From assembly GCF_006345805.1 (NCBI RefSeq), contig NC_043009.1:57784001-57848000 (forward strand): a stretch of DNA of 64,000 bases, in the 5' to 3' direction. The notes beneath the pieces are model-generated. The model made no database searches. It saw nothing but the letters and a program-made list of their open reading frames with translations, and was not told the DNA's origin. Below are positions 23,601-41,051 of this stretch, piece after piece. Numbering within the stretch: position 1 is the first letter of the stretch; every line of letters starts with the position of its first letter. A program made the translations under genes and the position numbers. This DNA is from Octopus sinensis (Eukaryota).

Positions 23601-23875
23601 TCGTAAAACGGGTCGATTTACAATTTTTTCACCACCTCTTATCAAAAGTATAAAATGAAAAGAAATGAAGAATTAATGTTGATATAGTATATATGAAAAA
23701 AAACAAAATAAAATTAAAAAAAAACAAAAAACAAAAACAAAAAAAGAACAAGCAATTCAGCAACGATAAGACAGCAAGCTGTACCAAATTAAAGGTGGAA
23801 TATGAAGACGCAAGTTGCCACATAGCAGCGATGAATGTTCGAAAACACTTTGATAGAACGTGGTATAAGTATACA

Positions 23876-23920
<45 letters not shown>

Positions 23921-24439
23921 CTGATTTTCTATGTATCTATCTATCTATCTATCTATCTATCTACACACAAATATATACAGACATATATATGTATGTATGT
24001 GTATACGCATGCCGTATGTGCATGTAGCTCTATTTTATTGTGTTTCATATACATTAATACCTACAGTATACGTACACACTGAAACACACACACACATACA
24101 TACATACATATATACATACATACATACATACATACATACATACGTACGTACATAATACATACACAAACACACACGCACACACACACACACACACACCACA
24201 CACACATATATATATGCATATATGTTTCTCTACATATATGTGTGTGAACGTGTATGCTTACGTGTGCGCCTGAGAGTATGTGTATATGCGTGTATATAGA
24301 TGCCTGGGTATGCAATAGCAAGGATGCGTAAAGATATATATCAACCCGGAATTCATTGGTTTCGAAATGTTAGAGACTATACAAAGTACTCGGTCTTTTT
24401 CTCCAATGGGATGTCCAGATTGGCATTTAGTCTGCAGCT

Positions 24440-25619
24440 AGATCGACAACAACAACAATAACAACAGCAATAACTACAAGGACCTCATCATTACAATTAC
24501 CGCCACCAGCCCGCCCATCACTACAAATACCACAACAACAACTGCTATTATCTCCACCACCATGATAATGACGACGGTGGTGTTGCTGCTCATGATGATG
24601 AGGAGGATGGTGAGAATGACGATGGTGTCGACGTTGACCATCATCGCCAAGACCACCATCAACACCAACCACCACCACCACCACAACCACCACCACCGCC
24701 ACTGCAGCTGCCACCACTGTACTAACGCGATCACCAACACCAACCACCGCCTCCGCCGCCGCCGCCACCTCCGCCACATCCACCGCCACCTACCCCGCCT
24801 GTGCCGCCGCCACCTCCGCCGCCGCCATCGTCAACATCATCTTCGTCATCATCATCATCATCATCATAGTCGTCGTCATGATGGTTATCGTCATCATCAC
24901 CATCATCGCCATCATCATCATGATTATCTCATTCTCCCTAGCCATCATCATTATGACAGTCACGATAATCTGCGTCACGGACGACGACAATTTCATCTGC
25001 GACATCTTCAACAACAGCAACGATGCTAATAGCTACATCAACACCGGTACGAACAACGAACAACAACAACAACAACAAATGAAGAAGCAACACAAACAAA
25101 GATAATCTGAACCACAACAAACAAACAAACAAAAAATTCAAGAAAAAAAACCAACATCATTGAATTATTAAATTAAAAAACAATTTACAAATATTACGGT
25201 GACGTACTTGCACAGCAAGTGACCTGATCGGAGATCGTGCGCTGAAACAAAAACAATTGCATCGTGGAAGGTGTTTATAAGCCATTTAAAACACAAGCAA
25301 AAATCTGTTGATTCATTTCAACATTTAAATTTAATTTGTCAAAATATTTTCGTCGCTTTGAGACCGCGACCTGTCCACAGGCAAAATTCAGTTCTGCATC
25401 TCATTATTCACAAATAAAGAAAAGAAATAAACGAACAAGAAAAAAAAACACAACGACAACGAAGTGTTTGATGAAAGGGTAATCTCTTCTGCAAGACAAA
25501 TGGTATTTAACAAACAATAAGAGGGAAGAAGAAAATGAAGGTGTAACTTACACCGGTGGACATCGTATCAACGAAAAACCCTGTCAGCAACAGCGTCAAC
25601 GACAACAACAACAACTAGA

Positions 25620-25653
<34 letters not shown>

Positions 25654-26680
25654 TGGCTGCTGCTGCTGCTGCTGCTACTACTACTACTACTACAGCAACT
25701 ACTGCTGCTACTACTACTACAACTACTACTGCTGCTGCTACTACTACTGCTACTACTACTACTACAACTACTACTACTATTACTACTACAACTACAACTA
25801 CTACTGCTACTACTAAAACTACAACTACTGCTGCTACTAATACTGCTACTGCTACTACAACTACTACTACTACTATTACTACTACAACTGCAACTACTGC
25901 TGCTACTACTAAAACTACAACTACTGCTGCTATTAATACTGCTACTACTACCTCTACTACTACTACTAATACTACTACTACTGTTACTACTACTACTACT
26001 ACTAATAATAATAATAATAATAGAAGAAAAAGAAAGAAGAAAAGAAGAAGAAGAAGAAGAAAAAGAAGAAGAAAGAAGAAGAAGAAGAAGAAGAAAGAAG
26101 AAGAAGAAGAAGAGGAAGAAGAAGAAGAAGAAATCGGCAGCACCAACAGCAGCATCAGCTGGCATCGATGACAGCAGCGTTGAAATAGAGAAAGGCAAAT
26201 GCCAAAACAAAGGCAACAGATAACAATTAACATAAAAAATAGAAGCAGTACAAAAAAAACACCAGCAACAACACCAACAGCAACAACATCTGCCGCAAGT
26301 GCAACAATAACAACAACAAAAACATCGGTACTACCACAAAAAAGGCTACAACTGGTACAAGAACAGCTAAAACATCCACAGCAACAACAACAAACAACAA
26401 CAATAGAAACCACAACAAACAAACAAACAAACAACAATCGAAAACAAGCAAACAGCAACAACAAATATAAAAAAAATAGCAAAAGCAACGGTAAAAACAA
26501 CGTCGAAATCAAAACAAAAAGGAAAGAAAAATAGAAGGAAATGAAAAAGACGAAGAACAACAAGAAGTGGAAGAAGATGAAGAAATTGACGAAGAAGATG
26601 GAAAAAGAAAAGAACAATAACATCATGAAAAACAACGGCAAAAACTTGAAGGCTACTGCGGCTGCTGCTGCTGCTGCTAT

Positions 26681-26721
<41 letters not shown>

Positions 26722-26915
26722 TCACCACCAATAATAATAATAATAATAACAATAACAACAATAATAATAATAATATTAATAATAATAATATCAATAATAA
26801 TAATAATGATAATATTAATAATAATAATAACAATAATAATAATAATGATAATAACAATAACAATAATAATAATAATAATAATAACAATAATAATAATAAT
26901 GATAATAATAATAAC

Positions 26916-26950
<35 letters not shown>

Positions 26951-27020
26951 TAACAATAATAAGAATAACAATAACAATAATAATAATAATAGTAATAATA
27001 ATAACAATAATAATAATAAT

Positions 27021-27058
<38 letters not shown>

Positions 27059-27172
27059 GAAGAAGAAGAAGAACAATAATAATAATAATAATAATATAAT
27101 AATAATAATATAATAATAAATAATAATTATAATAATAATAATAATAATAATAAATAATATAATAATAATAAT

Positions 27173-27214
<42 letters not shown>

Positions 27215-27257
27215 TAATAATATAATAATAATAATAAATAATAAATAATAATAATAA

Positions 27258-27337
<80 letters not shown>

Positions 27338-27382
27338 TAATAATATAATAATAAATAATAATAATAATAATAATAATAATAA

Positions 27383-27470
<88 letters not shown>

Positions 27471-27490
27471 TAATAATAATAATATAATAG
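24440..27490. repeat. ~3-kb mosaic of trinucleotide tracts (CAC, CAT, TAC/TGC, GAA, CAA, AAT)
   Basis: Direct inspection. It contains an ~750-bp AAT tract at ~26730-27490. Confidence 0.95.
25196..25400 (-). mobile_element. Single copy of the fold-back repeat family with degenerate hammerhead-like fold (25335-25385)
   Basis: Minus strand TTTGCCT-GTGGACA-G-GTCGC(GGTCTCAAA)GCGAC-GAA-AATATT-T-TGACAAA. It retains G3 and C8 and has a different helix II loop. Confidence 0.75.
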
Positions 27491-28091
27491 ACAGCCAATG
27501 TACGCAGCTAGCCCAGTAGGAATATGAGACGTCACGACAATATAGCAAGGCTTGTTCAGTGGACACTTTGCAACAAGAATAGGACTTGACAGAGCAAAGA
27601 ATTGGTACGACCATAAACCTGAAGGCATCGTCGAAAATAGAAATGCAAAGATCCTATTGCATTTTATGATTCAGTACGACCATGAGGTAGAGAATAGGAA
27701 GCCAGACATAGTCTTAACTGACAAAGAAATCAAACTATGCTGTATCATAGATATAGCAAGGGCAGCTATGCGATAAGGAAGAAAGAAAAGTTGAGAGATA
27801 TGATAGTTTAGCTTGGGAAGTTAAGCAGTTGTGATCGATGAAAGATGTAGCAGTACCAATAATTGTTGGAACCCTGGGAATAATGAGCAAAAATAGTGAG
27901 AAGTACGTAGGACAAATAGGGGCTGCAAAAAGGGTGGAGCACTTGCAGAAAATAGCATTGCTTGGAATCGTTCGTAGTTTGTTGTTTCGAAGGTGCTCGT
28001 AAAATAAGAGGTGTCTAATTACCTTAGTTCACTTGTAGTGAACAGCTGACACTATAGCACATCTCCACCGTTAGAAGCTGTGCGACGGCAA
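27491..28091 (+). mobile_element. R4/Dong-like LINE 3' end (RLE domain plus 3' UTR), decayed
   Basis: RHDNIAR..W.LC...WYDHKPEGIVEN..AKIL..F.IQ.DHEVENRKPDIVLTDKE.K.C.IIDIA...VPIIVGTLG. It starts immediately after an AAT tract. Confidence 0.85.
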
Positions 28092-28093
28092 TG

Positions 28094-28328
28094 GTAGGCG
28101 GCGGACTGGCAGCACCATTAGTGCGCCGGACGAAATGCTTAGCAGTATTTCGTCTGCCGTTACGTTCTGAGTTCAAATTCCACCGAGTTCGACTTTGCCT
28201 TTCATCCTTTCGGAATCGATAAATAATGTATCAGTTACGCACTGGGATCGATGTAATCGACTTAATCCATTTGTCTGTCCTTGTTTGTTCCCTCTGTGTG
28301 TAGCCCCTTGTGGGTAGTAAAGAAATAA
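28094..28328 (+). mobile_element. SINE family B
   Basis: Full head-to-tail match to the other copies. Confidence 0.9.
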
Positions 28329-28455
28329 GTAATAAAGATAATAATTCCATTTATTTGTCATAAGGGCGAAAATAGGGGCGGACAATATAAAGACAGACAT
28401 AAAGTGTGGACGGCTGACATAACGAACTGATAAGAAAAATGAAAGTAAGTATACA

Positions 28456-29210
28456 ATGTATAGACTGAAAAAGAAGGGATATATGTATAGCATACAAAGG
28501 TGTAAAGAAAGGACAGAATGGCGGGGAGTGCAACGAACCTTTGCAAAATGTCTGAGAAGAGTATCGAAAGCGTCACTCACATTGTTAGTGCTTGTGAATG
28601 TCTCGCGCAGAAAGAGTACTTGCGGAGACACGATAACGTGGCCCATAAACTTCACTGGCTACTATCGATACGAGGTAACGAGCGTTTGATACCAACATAC
28701 ACCGGAGAAGGGGAAGGCAAAAATCCTCTGAGACTTTGACTTCCAGACAGACAGGGTGTTAGGGCACTGAAGGCGGGATATAGTAACACTTACGAGGCGG
28801 GATATAGTAACAAGAGCGCGTAATAATCGACGAGGCAGTGTAAGGAGATCAACATATTATCATGAAGAAAGAGAAAAGAATTATAGCTATGGAAACCTGG
28901 GAATTGAGTCGTCAAGATGTGGCAGCTACGAGAGTCAAGCATAAAGTTTGTCCCTATTGTCATCGGATCATTGGGTTCAATACCACCCAACCTGACAAAG
29001 CATTTGGAAAAATACATCTGAAAGAAAAAAAAAATTAGAAATACCCTACAATCTAGGTTTATTGCAAAAATCGGCATCACTTGAAACTGCACGCATGTTG
29101 CGTAAAGTACTGTCTGTCTGAGGTCCCCGTGACTTGACAAAGAGTACAGACTCCCGGTAGAGATAATATTTTCAATCAACATCACGATATCAGATTCTCT
29201 GCGACGTCTT
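28456..29210 (+). mobile_element. R4/Dong-like LINE 3' end (zinc knuckle, RLE, 3' UTR) ending in (TAA)4
   Basis: LCKMSEKSIESVTHIVSACECLAQKEYLRRHDNVAHKLHW (degenerate CCHC plus RHD motif), DFDFQTDRVL, VPIVIGSLG. The 3' end runs into TAATAATAATAAT. Confidence 0.85.
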
Positions 29211-29249
29211 TAATAATAATAATGATTATGCTTTAAAATCTTGGCCCTA

Positions 29250-29435
29250 GGCCAGCATTTATGGGGGAAGGGTAGTCGATTACATTGACCCCCAGGACTC
29301 AACTGGTACTTATTTTATCGACCCCCAAAAGGATCAAAGGTAAAGTCGACATGGGCGGAATTTGAACTCAAAACGTAACGACGGACGAAATGCTGTTAAG
29401 CATTTTACCTAGTGTGGTAACCATTCTGCCAGCTT
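29250..29435 (-). mobile_element. SINE family B, 3'-truncated and diverged
   Basis: CAACTGGTACTTATTTTATCGACCCC.AAAGGAT.AAAGG.AAAGTCGAC..GGCGGAATTTGAACTC. Confidence 0.8.
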
Positions 29436-30199
29436 GCAATAATAATAATGATAATGATGATGATGATGATTTATTCCATTGGCCTTAAGGGCGCCCAAGA
29501 TATGGAGGGCAATATCATAGGACGAGATACAACACAAAAAAAAAAACAGTTGCAGTTTACATTGATAAAGGGAAGACAGTACAACATTCAAAAATGTAAC
29601 AAAACTACCAATAAACAGAAATTCGAAAAATAGGTAATTAATAAATTGAATAACCTGTAGCCCACTTCGGTTAAACCGGAGTAAATACCACAGAAATTGT
29701 CCTGCATTACTGTGCCATACCCAAAACGTGAGACATGTCATCTTCCAGGTTCTTTCCTCCTACTTAGACAAGCAAGATAGGTTACAGCAAATATTTTACT
29801 CAGTATCAAAAGCTAGCACGACATTAGGTTGACCATAACCAGGTGAGTATGTCCCCTACTAGCTGACAATGTGTGCATCACTGATCACGAGCAGAAGTAG
29901 TGAGGGAGTACCATAGCCATGCATTGAGAAGTATTCTTTGAGGTTTGAATAATTCACAGCTGGAAGCACCGTTGTTTCGTTCATCATCCTGAAACTATTA
30001 TTATTGGAAGACCTTTTCAGTGGGATAGGCTATTCGACCTGAATGAAATTCTAACTGGGTCTTACCTGCAAGGTCATGCGCTGTTTATCGGGATATTAGG
30101 TTATCATGCGGTTGTGGTGCATGTCTCTGGTGTACCGTTATCAGACTGGTATATTGGGGTTCGTATATTTGTACCCCAGTGTTACTTTCATGGCGTAGA

Positions 30200-30445
30200 T
30201 CGAAGACCAAAAATCATGTCTGTTAATTGATATAACGGTGCCATTTGATAGAAGCGAAAACCATCGAAAAACAAGGATACTGAAATTGGTATATCTAGGA
30301 CAATCTAAAATATCCAAGTTTTTGTGAGTGCCCTGGAAATGATCAAGTAAATTACCGACAATTTTTTATCAGATTCCAGGGGAACCAACAATCTACGAAG
30401 TTCAAAAAATTGTGCTTACATCAACCACTCAGTTTTTTTTTGCAT
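30200..30445 (+). mobile_element. RLE-domain fragment of another R4/Dong-like subfamily
   Basis: DQKSCLLIDITVPFD...VSALEMIK...QIPGEPTIYEVQKIVLTST. Confidence 0.65.
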
Positions 30446-30530
30446 CCAATATACACGCGCCTTAGGTCTCTGGTTGAGACTTGGCCAGAAGATGAAATAA
30501 AATGGAAATCAAACGCAAACAAAATAAAAT

Positions 30531-30563
<33 letters not shown>

Positions 30564-31471
30564 CACAAAAATAGCAACAACTATAATAATGATAAGACGA
30601 AGAAGATAAAGTAGTAGAAAGAGATTACGAAGAAGAAAAGAATGAGGAAGAAAAGTACGACGAAGAGGAAGGGGATGAAGATAAAGAAAAAGGAGCACCA
30701 AGAACTACCACCACCACCACCACCACAACAACAACACTAGAAACAATAACAACAACAACAACGGACATATCAAGAGCCCAAAATGGTGGCAAGTACAACG
30801 GCAACCACTTCAGATGTTTCTGAAATATCATGATTGAACAGAAATATGAAAGAACGCCATTTTGTAAACTGCAATGGAAAAAAAAATATGATACTTCACC
30901 ACATGCGTCAGAGGAACTTCAAAATAATGAAAGCTCAACAGCAGCGGGGATGAAACTTAGAAGAATAAAAAAATCTATTCCCCACCACACGCAGATACAA
31001 ACACACACACTCACAGATACACACACTCATAGACACACACGGGGATGTACGTATACATACGCGTACATACAAATATATTGGGCCACAACAAAATGGTCGT
31101 CATAATGATAAAATGGTTATCGATATTTAACCTACAAGAAATAATGATAAAGGTCATAGGTTCCTATTTATAAGGCAGACATCTTGAAATATTTGTGGAA
31201 ATCGGTTAGTCGGATATACGGACCCCCATTGCTTTAACTGGTACTTGATTTTATCCATACGGAAAGGATGAAAGACAAAGCCGACCGCGGTGGAATTTGA
31301 ACTTAGTACCTAGTCCCAGAAGAAATGCCGCTAAGCATTATTTCTGGCGTGTAAACGATACTGCCAGGTCGCTGCTTCAACAACAACAACAACAACAATG
31401 ACAGCAGCAGCAGCAACATCAATAACAAGAACAGCAACAACAACAACAACAACGATAATAATAATAATAGA

Positions 31472-31688
31472 AGGCGGCGAGCTGGCAGAAACATTAGCAC
31501 GCCGGGCGGGCGAAAAGCATAGCCGTATTTCGTCTGCCGTTACGTTCTGAGTTCAAATTCCCCCGAAGTCGACTTTGCCTTTCATCCTTTCGGGGTCGAT
31601 AAATTAAGTACCATCACTGGGGTCGATGTAATCCGTTTGTCTGTCCTTGTATGTCCCCTCAGTGTTTAGCCCTTTGTGGGTAGTAAAA
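31472..31688 (+). mobile_element. SINE family B (a decayed opposite-strand copy lies at ~31205-31375)
   Basis: GGCGGCGAGCTGGCAGAAACATTAGC...GTGGGTAGTAAA. Confidence 0.9.
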
Positions 31689-31700
31689 AATAAATAAATA

Positions 31701-31796
<96 letters not shown>

Positions 31797-31797
<1 letters not shown>

Positions 31798-32097
31798 TCA
31801 TGACAATATAGTAAAGATTGTCCATTAGTCACTTTGCTACAAGTATAGACTTGACAGAGCAAAAATTTGGTACGAACATAAACCCGAAAGCATCAGCGAA
31901 AATGATAATGTAAAATTCCTATGGGATTTTATGATTTATTGCCACCATGAGATAGAGAATAGGAAGCCAGACATAGTCTTAATTGAGACAGAAAGCAAAC
32001 GATGCTGGGTCATAGATATAGTTTGCCCAGCTGAGAACAAGGTATGTGATAGGGAAAGAAAGAAAAGTCGATAGATTTGACAGGTTCGCTTGGGAAG

Positions 32098-32160
<63 letters not shown>

Positions 32161-32860
32161 CACTACCACTATCACTACTACTTAAGTTAAGCAATTGTAG
32201 TCGATGAAAAAAGGTGGTAATTGTCGGAGGCTTGGAAAATATCAACATTGGATTGAAGGGCGAGAATGTTGAAGACGGCGCATGGGGCTCAACCCCAAAG
32301 CAAACATAAAAAGACTGTATATGAAAAGAAAGAATGGTAGCGGAAAACTAATTAGTATAGAGCATTGAATAAGGAGTGAAAGGAGAACGCTGGCCAAGTA
32401 TTTGATAAATAGTGATGAAGACCTGTTGCAATATGCCGCATTAAATTTTGGTGTAAATGCAAATGAAATGATGGGCAAAGAAGAGTTTAACCAAAGAGCT
32501 GAGGAGAAGAAAACAGAAGACCGTCTTGAAAGGAACACACAGGACACAAAGGATAATACATATTTCTTTACTACCCACAAAGGGCTAAACACAGAGGGGA
32601 CACACAAGGACAGACAAACGGATTAAGTCGATTACATCGACCCCAGTGCGTAACTGGTACTTATTTAATCGACCCCGAAAGGATGAAAGGCAAAGTCGAC
32701 CTCGGCGGAATTTGAACTCAGAAAGTAACGGCAGACGAAATACGGCTACGCATTTCGCCCGGCGTGCTAACGTTTCTGCCAGCTCGCCGCATAATACAGC
32801 ATCGTGGGCATGGCTTGAGCGAGGTAATTTCAAGAGTTCACGGAAAGCTTGATCATTGCT
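31797..32860 (+). mobile_element. R4/Dong-like LINE fragments: RLE piece (with internal (TAC)n expansion), then a post-RT piece interrupted by a SINE
   Basis: WYEHKPES..ENDNVKFLWDFM..HHEIENRKPDIVLIE.E.KRCWVIDIVCPAE; then RLYMKRKNGSGKLISIE..RSERRTLAKYL. It resumes after the SINE as SWAWLERGNFK. Confidence 0.85.
32561..32790 (-). mobile_element. SINE family B with 8-bp TSD inserted in the LINE
   Basis: ATAATACA at 32553-32560 and 32791-32798. Confidence 0.95.
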
Positions 32861-33159
32861 ACACAAAACCAAGCTCACGCACTAAAGATTCTCCTAATAC
32901 TGGTAATTGTTTCTAACAGGCTCAAAGCCTCTAATTTTGAAGAAAGTTTGGGTAAACCAAACTATTATCCTCCTATGTTGTCTGGGTCATTTATATTATA
33001 CAACCAAGGGGGATGAAATTCAGAGTTGACTACTGCCGGATTTGAACTCAGAACGTAAATAGTAAAAAAATAAATAAATAAAATATAAAATAAAATAAAG
33101 AAAATCACCGGGACATACTTCCAATGTTGAAATGATTCTATTGATCCATAACGTTTATG

Positions 33160-35470
<2,311 letters not shown>

Positions 35471-35683
35471 AAAAAAAAAGCCCAAAAAGCTACGGTAAAA
35501 ATCATTCTGTTCCAGCGCTTGTAAAGAAGGCTCTGACATTTATACAAAGAATAAACATTGATAAAACAAAAACAAAAAACTAACGTAAAGAAATACAAAA
35601 ATACAGTCTCACTAACCCATAACACTGTACATACGCACATAGACCCAATACAGAATACATACATACATACATACATACATACA

Positions 35684-35715
<32 letters not shown>

Positions 35716-35809
35716 CGGACATAAAAACATGTTGTATGTGTTTGTGTGTTTGGTTGCTTATATACTCATATATATTTGTCTGTATGTGTGTGTGAATATA
35801 TATATATAT

Positions 35810-36288
35810 ATATATATGATTATCTGTATATACATACGTGATCATTTTCTATATATGTCTGTGTATATACATGATTATCTGTATACATCCATGTATAAAT
35901 GCGTATAAACACATTTAAACATACATGTACGTATACTTATATACATATTGGTATATTATACACACACATACATTTACCTGCAACGCACACACATACATGC
36001 GTGTATATACGCGTGTGTGTATATACGCGTGTGTGTATATATAGATTAAAAGTATATATCCCTATATACGAAAGTACAATTGTTTGCAAGCACTCCCCCC
36101 CTACACACACAAACAAACAAACATACGCACAGACACATACACAGATATTCATCTGTGTACGAATGTCTGTATATATATGTGTATGTGTGTATATATAAAT
36201 ATGTATATATATATATATATACACGTCTGTGTGTATGTATCTATGTATGTAGCTATGTTTGAATCCATGTATCTATCTCTCTACCTAC

Positions 36289-36348
<60 letters not shown>

Positions 36349-37548
36349 ATATCTATCTATCTATATATCTATCCATCTAAGTATCTATCTGTCTATCTCT
36401 CTCTCTCTCTATCTATCTACATATATATTTATGCTTCCATAGATTGTTACACACACACACATATAAGCTGAAATATAGCTCACATATATACCCACATATA
36501 TACTCACATGTGCAATTAAACGCGCATACAAACGAAATTACATAAATACATACTTACATGCAGAACACCTATATATATATATATATATATATCTATATAC
36601 ACACACATGAATAATACATCTACACAACAAACACATACAGAGAGAAACCTACAGACACACACATACACACATTCACAGGCATATGTATACATATATACAT
36701 ATACGCATACATTTATAACTTCAACCAAACGAACAATTGAGTTATTAACATACATGCAGGCGTATAGTAAAGCGCATGAGGATGAGTTAAGAGGGATAGA
36801 GTATAGCATGTCATTGGTCGAGGGGAGTATAGGCAGGGAGTATTGAACATTGGCAAGGGAGCAGGAAGAATAGGAATTTGTGAGTGGAGATAGATGAAAG
36901 GAATTTGGTGTAGAAAGATAGAGGAGATTTATGAATAAATAGAGAGGCATACACAACCCTGATACTCAACGCACACACACACTCACTCACACAAACACAC
37001 AGACACATATATGTACATAGCACATCTATGTGGATGCATGCATGTTATATATAATATATTATATATATATAATATATATATGATTATCTGTATATACATA
37101 CGTGATCATTTTCTATATATGTCTGTGTATATACATGATTATCTGTATACATCCATGTATAATGCGTATAAACACATTTAACATACATGTACGTATACTT
37201 ATATACATATTGGTATATTATACACACACATCATTACCTGCAACGCACCCCACATACATGCGTGTATATACGCGTGTGTTGTAATACGCGTGTGTGTATA
37301 TATAGATTAAAAGTATATATCCCTATATACGAAAGTACAATTGTTTGAAGCACTCCCCCCTACACACACAAACAAACAAACATACACGCACAGACACCAA
37401 CACAGATATTCATCTGTGTACGAATGTCTGTATATATATGTGTATGTGTGGTATATAAATTGTATATATATATACTATATACACGTCTGTGTGTATGTAT
37501 CTATGTATGTAGCTATGTTTGAATCCATGTATCTATCTCTCTACCTAC

Positions 37549-37608
<60 letters not shown>

Positions 37609-38340
37609 ATATCTATCTATCTATATATCTATCCATCTAAGTATCTATCTGTCTATCTCTCTCTCTCTCTATCTATCTACATATATATTTATGCTTCCAT
37701 AGATTGTTACACACACACACATATAAGCTGAAATATAGCTCACATATATACCCACATATATACTCACATGTGCAATTAAACGCGCATACAAACGAAATTA
37801 CATAAATACATACTTACATGCAGAACACCTATATATATATATATATATATATCTATATACACACACATGAATAATACATCTACACAACAAACACATACAG
37901 AGAGAAACCTACAGACACACACATACACACATTCACAGGCATATGTATACATATATACATATACGCATACATTTATAACTTCAACCAAACGAACAATTGA
38001 GTTATTAACATACATGCAGGCGTATAGTAAAGCGCATGAGGATGAGTTAAGAGGGATAGAGTATAGCATGTCATTGGTCGAGGGGAGTATAGGCAGGGAG
38101 TATTGAACATTGGCAAGGGAGCAGGAAGAATAGGAATTTGTGAGTGGAGATAGATGAAAGGAATTTGGTGTAGAAAGATAGAGGAGATTTATGAATAAAT
38201 AGAGAGGCATACACAACCCTGATACTCAACGCACACACACACTCACTCACACAAACACACAGACACATATATGTACATAGCACATCTATGTGGATGCATG
38301 CATGTTATATATAATATATTATATATATATAATATATTAT
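35810..38340. repeat. Near-identical tandem duplication, unit ~1260 bp
   Basis: Identical ORF-track translations are offset by 1260 (36259/37519, 36516/37776, 36607/37867). Confidence 0.95.
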
Positions 38341-38394
38341 ATATATATATATATGTATATATGTTATTATATATATTATATATATATATATATA

Positions 38395-38821
<427 letters not shown>

Positions 38822-38919
38822 GTATGTATCTGTATTTACATATTATGCATATTGGGATTGTTCTCCAGCATGGCCACAGTCAACTAACTGAAGCACGTAA
38901 AGAGTAAAAGAGTAAAAGA

Positions 38920-38955
<36 letters not shown>

Positions 38956-38999
38956 ACGTGTGTGGAGAGAGAGACTCATATATATAGATACGTAATTTG

Positions 39000-39430
<431 letters not shown>

Positions 39431-39899
39431 GATAGGGGAAGAAAAGCGACACCTATAGATAGAGGTAGAGAAAAAGAAATAGAAAAAATGTATAGATAGA
39501 AAGATAGGGTGGAGATAGCGAAAGAGAGAAAAAGAGAGAGAGAGAGAGCGAGAGAGAGAGAGAGAGAAAGAGAGAGAGATGTAACTGGAGGAAAAGCGTG
39601 AATGAGAAGTGTGAAGAGCAAGTTAAAAGGAGTCAATAACAGATCGGAAGGGAGATTGGGGAGTAGCGTGAGGAGATGGAGAGGCACAAATGAGGAAAAA
39701 CAAACAAGAAGGAAGAAGGAAAAAGACGGAAGAATTTGAAGGAGAAAGAGGATAATTTATGAAAGGAAACGGTAGACGACTGAGAGACTGTGAGAAAGAA
39801 CAGAAGAAGGGAAGTAATATTGAAGGAAAGAAATGCTTTGGTGGAAGAAATGTTGTGTAAAGTGAGAAACAGGACGAAACGGGACGAAGAAGTAAGTGG

Positions 39900-39904
39900 T
39901 AGTT

Positions 39905-39970
<66 letters not shown>

Positions 39971-39971
39971 A

Positions 39972-40065
<94 letters not shown>

Positions 40066-40390
40066 TGAATGAGAATAAGACGAAGAAGAAGAAGAAAACG
40101 AAAGAAGAGGAAGATGAAGCAGATGAAGGCAAAGAAGAAGAGGAAGAAAATGAAGGCGCAGAAGAGGAGGACAAAGAAGAAGAGGAAAAGGAGGAAGACG
40201 AAAGTGAAGAGGAAGGCAAAGAAAAAGAGGAAGGCGAAAAAGTAGAAGAGGGAGAGGGAAATTGCAGAAGAGGCAGATCGAAGGGGAAGAAGATGAAGAA
40301 GAAGAAGAAGAAGAAGAAGAAGAAGAAGAAAAGAAGAAGAAGAAGAAGAAGAAGAAGAGAAGAAGAAGAAGAAGAAGAAGAAGAAGCATT
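39900..40390. repeat. (AGT)n and (GAA)n tracts
   Basis: Direct inspection. Confidence 0.95.
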
Positions 40391-40762
40391 ATAAAAGATT
40401 AGTAGCTCTGAAATAAAAAGTGTGTGTGTGTGGTGTGTGTGTGTGTGCATGTGTGTGTGTTTGTATACAAATCTCACATTCTTCACACACACACACCCAC
40501 TCAGACATCATTGTATACGTATGCTCAGACAGACGCTCGCGTATTAACTGTTCTTAAGAAGAACAATCTCGAATAAATCTGTCTGAGCAAACATCAAAAG
40601 GGAAAGCGAGGAAGACAATACAATACTTGAATATAATGCAGTAACAGTATAAAACCTAAGATTAGCACACACACCACGCACACACACACACAACACACAC
40701 TTACGCCTGTAGACAACACACGCACATATGTATATATGTATTATATATATATATATATATAC

Positions 40763-40848
<86 letters not shown>

Positions 40849-41051
40849 CATATATATATTATGCGAGACGAACTTCCGTAAGTGCTTTGTAGTGGAGTGT
40901 CTTTTCTTTCACTATCAGAAGGCATTCTCTTTATATTCTTCTTTGCAATACGCCTCAAAAGTAATTCTAATAACAGCGGAACTCGACTAATACCACCAAC
41001 TGTAACACAATCACTTAAAAACAAACCCCATAATAACACATCGATATTACC

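Noticed and set aside
29720-30195. Probable interspersed repeat of unknown class
   Set aside because: There is only one copy in the window and no diagnostic ends or coding motifs.
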